Positions 59,059-64,000 of a stretch of 64,000 nucleotides of DNA are shown here, piece after piece. The notes below the pieces were generated by a model. That model saw only the letters and a list, made by a program, of their open reading frames with translations. It searched no databases and was not told the DNA's origin. How positions within the stretch are numbered: position 1 is the stretch's first letter; the number at the start of each line of letters is the position of its first letter. The stretch is taken from assembly GCA_965649825.1 (NCBI GenBank), contig OZ287712.1:62001-126000 (forward strand), given 5' to 3'. A program made the position numbers and the translations under genes. Origin of the DNA: Penicillus capitatus. Taxonomy: Eukaryota; Plantae; Chlorophyta.

Positions 59059-61491
59059 TCAATGCTTCGGCACTTTTCGAATCTGTACAGATCGAACGGC
59101 GTTGCGAATCACTTCGTTGGGACGAATGTCGCTCACGACGATCACTAGATCATCTGGCTTCACCAGTGTTCGCACTTTCAAGAATCTAAGCGGAGGAATG
59201 AAAACACATCACCCGTTTTCGTTCGTGGCGACTCACGTGAATGTGCGTTGCACGTTTTTCTCGGGCGATGCCTCGAACTCCATCAAGAATGGACAAACGC
59301 CCCATCTCAGATTCAACCGACGCCGTGTTTCTGCACTGTCTGTTGAAAAGAGGTTTGCAAGAGTATCACACAAGAGTGCGAGAAGGAACCTGTGAATGCA
59401 AAGATCGGACAGTCTGGACGCAGTCGCGACAGAATATTGGCCATGAAGCCGCGTCTCGTAAAGACAAAGATCGCCGTTGTGTGCAGTTGATTGGCCATCA
59501 TCACAGCTCCTGCGCAGAGCTCCTCTCCGACGCGTTGTTCTTCTGTTGCTCCGATGTCTGGCAACTGAATGATCCCAAACTTCTCCTTTCTGCAACGAAG
59601 GGACCCGAGACGTGAACGAACAAACAAACAAACGGAGAACAGACCGGCACCATTCTTCGATCTGTGTCGAGATGGAAGTGAGCACATCGACAGCTTTGTC
59701 ACAGTACACACCGACAGCCGATTCGCTGCAAAGCATCAATGCATCTGCCTGTTGTCGGATGACATCTGCGACATCTGCAGCCTTTGATGGTAGACAGTAT
59801 TGGGTTGCGAGCATGTGAAACGTCTTTGTTGCATTACCTCGGCCCGTGTAGGGATCGGATTTTCAAGCATGGACTGCAGGAGATGCGAGGCGACGATGAC
59901 TGGGATGCCGAGCTCTCTGCCACGAACGACGATCGATTTTTGCAGCGACGGCACGTCTTCTAATGCCACCTGTGCCCCTGGACACACAGTCATCCATTTG
60001 ATGAATGAATGCATTGCCCCTACCCAAATCTCCTCTTGCGACCATCAGCCCGTCCGAAGCTCTGGCAATCTCATCCAGATTCTTCAATGCATCCACACTC
60101 TCAATCTTGGCAACAATCTGCCAGAAAGCGAGTGTGCGACACCATTCACTCCCTCGACGACTTTGAGTGGATCAAAGTGCGTGCCTCGATGGAGTCGCTG
60201 CCGGTCTGCCGCTGAATGTAGTCCTTCAGATTGATGATCACATCAGCCGTCTTAACAAACGAGACAGCAATGAAATCGACACGCTGTTCGATGGCAAAGT
60301 CGATGTCATGCCAATCCTGGTCAAGCGTTCTCCTCACATCCATGCATGGATATGAACGTGATGGTATACCTTGGCTGAAATGACAGAGAGATTGGCATTT
60401 TGTCCACGAATGAGTCTTCCGTTCTGATCTCGGAACGTCAAATTAGCCCGGGACAACACCAATCCTGGGTCAATGCACCGGCAGTGGACATCGGGTCCTG
60501 CAGCATCGTCGATAGACACTATGACAGTCAGCCAGCACAGGTACCTGCTTTGTCGATGACACTGAATCGGACCATTCCTCCATCCACCACGATCTGATCA
60601 CCGACCTACACCCATACAAATTCAAAGAGCCATGCGATGAATGACAGCGCACAGTAATGTCGTAGATGAAGGCGTCATAGTTTACACCAACATACCCTTC
60701 TGGATAAGGAGGCTTTCGGACAGTGAAGGTGAGTTCGTCGCCCACCTACCCCAAGCATCGTTTTTCATACAACGCATTCGGCCTCCCACTTCAGCCTTCA
60801 GTGGTTGATCGATTTGGGAAATGTGCACTTCGCTGCCTTCCGTGTCCAGCATCAATGCAATGGAGTACCTGTCAATCAGCCATCTCTTAACATCTCACGG
60901 CCAGTCACATCATTCGCGTGCCCCTTTCTTCGGTTGAGGTCACGGATCTTGCGAATCGTTGCGGCATGCCATTCCTGTGTGGAATGGCAGAGATTGAGTC
61001 GAGCAACATTCATCCCCTTCTTCGCCAGGTTCTCGAGCATTTCTTCTGATTCGCTTGCCGGTCCAATGGTACAAATCACACGTGTTCTCCTCGTGCTGCG
61101 AAATCCTATCAAGCACCACTGATGGATCCAGAAGAAGGTGATGCACCGAACCATTTTCTCGAAGTTCTTTCTGGACGACGGCATCGAGTTCGACATCTCC
61201 TTCAGAATAGTCGGCCGTTTTGACAGGGACACCTTCTAACGGAGCCTCTTCGATAACGCTTTCTGTCGGAGAAGAGGAGAGCCCGTTGGTCTCGACGGAG
61301 AAGAGGGGCGGGTCTGAGAGATGGCGGTCGTCTGTCGCACGCAGTCGACGAAAATGACGTTCCTGATGACCCGCTCGACACCGAATGCCACGAATCGTTC
61401 GGCATCGGTCGATAAACAGAGTCCTCTGTAGAGTGGAGACGCGTGGGCGCTGTGAGCAGAACGCCCTATGATGGAGACGGAGCGACAGCAT
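59059..61491 (-). CDS. PKp: Plastidial pyruvate kinase, multi-exon
   Basis: Transit peptide, then [74 protein letters not shown] and [13 protein letters not shown]. Confidence 0.93.
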
Positions 61492-61589
61492 AGCGCGTCC
61501 GTCAAGTTGTCTCTGAGCAAGCAGCTAATGATTTGACAGTTGTTGGAATATGCTAGAACACGAAACCGTTTAGAGCGTCATGTAAAGAA

Positions 61590-62150
61590 CACGACTGTGA
61601 CGCGGCCTCATGTTTCCGATTTGGCGCATTCGGGAGATTTCTGACACAAATGGTCACCGATCTCGTCATGGCCCCGGCACATTCGCACAAATCGAACGGT
61701 CTGTGCGAACGTTTCAACCAGACATTGATCGGCCGGATCCGACGGATGAGGGTCTCTGATGGGAAGAGACTTAACTGGACGACCGTGCTGTCGGAAGCCG
61801 TTGAAACAATTAACGAAACGCCACACGAGGGCACACGACACTCACTCAACGATGTATGGCAACAAGGACAAGATCTGAGCGAAGTGAAGGAGGAATCAAG
61901 AACCGTCCGCATGCAAATCCAGAAAAGTTTCGAAGAAGCAAGAAAGACGATGACAGAACAGCAGAAGAAAGAAGGATCTCTCTACCCTGTGGGATGGAAA
62001 GTGTGGGTTTGTGATCACGAGACATTCGAAGCATTAGACAAGAAATTCGTTCCGTTCTGGCAGGGTCCGTATGAAGTTACAAAGAACGTTTCAACACACA
62101 TTCGCGAGGTTTGCGCAGTGATTAGAGGAAAACAATTCGAATGCACATAG
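61590..62150 (+). mobile_element. LTR-retrotransposon (Ty3/Gypsy-like) integrase remnant: C-terminal half of the catalytic core plus GPY/F region
   Basis: DAASCF...AFGRFL...PAHSHKSNGLCERFNQTL...W...L...IN.TPH followed by KFVPFWQGPYEV. No RT, RNase H or LTRs seen. Confidence 0.8.
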
Positions 62151-62321
62151 ATTCGCTAGAGCCATTCATTTGATTGCGAAAATGTTGGAGTTTATAGCGC
62201 AGGGTAGCGTGTGAATTGACTGCGAAGAGACATACATATACAGATGGGAATGATGTCTCCGTTTGTGAACATTTTGTAACTCCCGATCTTCCTCGTACCT
62301 CGTTGACGACACCGCCCACAC

Positions 62322-63168
62322 GAATGTACCACGCGTGGCATGAGACCGGTTGTGCTCACAGACATCCCGCTACACTGGGAGTCAGAGGACCTTCTCGAGG
62401 AAATCCTGCAACAAAATGTCCCGAGCTAGAACCTCCCACAGGGATGAACAGACTCGGAGAACAGAGACCAACACATTAAGATCGGCCAAAGACTCAACCG
62501 CCGAGTGGATAACGGGGAGTGGTCGCCCTCGATAGCAGTCAAACTATGGCTGAGCGAAGAACTATGGCTTCTGTTGTGGGACGATAGTAAACGTCGATCA
62601 GCGCAAAAACAAACAGAGTCGGTTTTTCTTACAATGCGAGTTTTGCCTTCAGAACCCCCTCATCATACTCCGCAGCATGACGTTATAATGTCGTCATGCT
62701 TCTTGTAATGATGTGACCTGTTCTTCCTCCTTCCTGCTTCAGCTTCAGGTCCGCGACACTTCGAATACAGAAAGACGGAGAAGCACTTCAGTTCGAATAC
62801 AGGGTAGATGAGGTACGAGAATACTCTCGTGGACCTCGGAGCAACGCGCCTGAGTCGGGCACTAGGACATACCCGAAATGACAGAGCCAACAGCTCCTCG
62901 TGACCTCGGAACCCCTCAAGGGATGGCAAATCAATAAGCACAACAGTCAACATGTGCTAGACATGGTCTCGAAGTACTCATGACCGGGGACGCCTGCTGT
63001 GCATGCGGCGCTGGATCTGAAGATCGCGACCATCTACTTATGGAGTGTCCCCGTCTCTCTGAAGCTCGAAGACTCCTCGATAGAGAACTGGATGGACCGT
63101 TAACGATCGCATGCGCCTTCTCGTACCCAAAGGCGTTGTCGGACTTCGTAGAAACAATCGCATCCTAG
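62322..63168 (+). mobile_element. Decayed, internally deleted non-LTR (LINE) element: ORF1-like piece plus ORF2 C-terminal CCHC knuckle
   Basis: VVLTDIPLHWESEDLLEEILQQN...RLNRRVDNGEWSPSIAVKL with internal stops (ORF1-like), then CCACGAGSEDRDHLLMECPRL (62995-63057), a typical LINE C-terminal zinc knuckle. No EN or RT in between. Confidence 0.5.
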
Positions 63169-63477
63169 TGGAGAGATTTAGGTCGCAAATGGGGTCTTTG
63201 ATGTAGCCTTACAATGAATGTTGGACCCTTGTCATGTGCGGATGCTCTCCCGATCTTGTCAAAAGGGAGATGTAAAATCCAATTGAACGAAAAAACGTCA
63301 CACAGAACCATCCCGGCCGCGCCCTAAGAGGTGGGACACGGTAAGAACTCGCTCCGGTGTGAGGATTCCAAGGTCTTGAAATTTGTAGAAGGACTGCCGA
63401 GCCCACGGATAGAGAGGCGGCGAGGGGCGGCAACCCCCCTTCAGACTCCAAGACCCTGGACCGTTGCTGGTCGCTTA

Positions 63478-64000
63478 CCCATCAATTTCGCTCTCGTAAC
63501 TCACCCGAGAACTCAATGGTTGCTAGAAAGCCTCAGCGGCGTGTCTTGAAGATTCAAGGCGGCAACAGGTGTGCCCTCTCCTGCGGCTGTGCGCTCCATG
63601 CGTTGCCAAACGCACGACGTTCGCTCCTTCCTTGAAACATCGGCTACTTACATGACGTGCGGCTTTCCGTCGCGTCACTGAACACTTAGACAACCGGTTC
63701 ACAAAGTGGGCATTTCACAAGGCAGGACAAATAGGGCTCAACATCTTCATCGTCCATCCGACGATCAGGATCCGTCGATACACCGTGGAGTAAAACGTAT
63801 CGAGCCCCACGTCCGACATCTCACCACATCATAGCAACGCACGTATCCTGTTCAGTGCTCCACGACCTCCTCCAACACATTCCTTCTGAACAGCCTCTAG
63901 ACACTGGTCGTGAACAAACACGGTATCGTCCGTAAAGATCATTTCATTTGGCCGTTTTCGCAACAATATGGCGAATGAGGGAAAGAAAACGACTGCGTTC
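63478..64000 (+). repeat. Third, older copy of the upstream part of the duplicated SRI-gene locus, running off the window end
   Basis: 63583-64000 aligns with 36647-37070 (gcgctccatgcgttgccaaac..., caacatcttc.tcgtccat.cgacg.tcag.atccgtcga). 63478-63580 aligns in reverse with 58645-58750 (gaatcttcaagacacgccg, cgagagcgaaatt). Confidence 0.8.

Noticed and set aside
6-64000. Non-canonical code (TAA/TAG = Gln) as in some ulvophytes
   Set aside because: Apparent in-frame stops are explained by short introns. SPCS3 ends in TAA and the importin-like gene in TAG at expected positions.
1-64000. tRNA, rRNA, CRISPR arrays, telomeric repeats, LTR pairs
   Set aside because: No T-loop/cloverleaf, rRNA-conserved blocks, regularly spaced direct repeats or TTTAGGG arrays were seen by eye. 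A tRNAscan-SE/Infernal run would be needed to exclude small RNAs.

Overview
Eukaryotic nuclear DNA from a compact, intron-rich genome, most likely a flagellated chlorophyte green alga. Supporting signs: about 50% GC, introns mostly 45-70 nt, standard genetic code with TAA/TAG/TGA all used as stops, TGTAA near several 3' ends, plastid-targeted uL10c/CYP37/pyruvate kinase/ABCB28, a bifunctional PAM and a CFAP96-like ciliary gene. The window has four parts. (1) 1-6.6 kb: a long coiled-coil gene and a sterol desaturase/CH25H-like gene. (2) 7.6-33.6 kb: a single gene of about 8,560 aa by my splice model, with a midasin-type ring of six AAA+ modules (odd modules intact, even modules degenerate), a long helical linker, Ig-like ASH/PapD-type repeats and FOUR tandem vWA/MIDAS domains. 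This is the most unusual object in the window. (3) 33.9-58.7 kb: duplicated pseudogene remnants, then a roughly 2.55 kb inverted repeat (36647-39200 and 56098-58640) flanking a very tightly packed 16.9 kb gene cluster, which includes an apparent tricistronic unit and divergent gene pairs whose start codons are only 33-44 bp apart. (4) 59-64 kb: plastid pyruvate kinase, an LTR-integrase remnant, a decayed LINE and a third diverged copy of the repeat. No rRNA, tRNA or CRISPR array was seen. All exon boundaries and family assignments are manual inferences without database searches.
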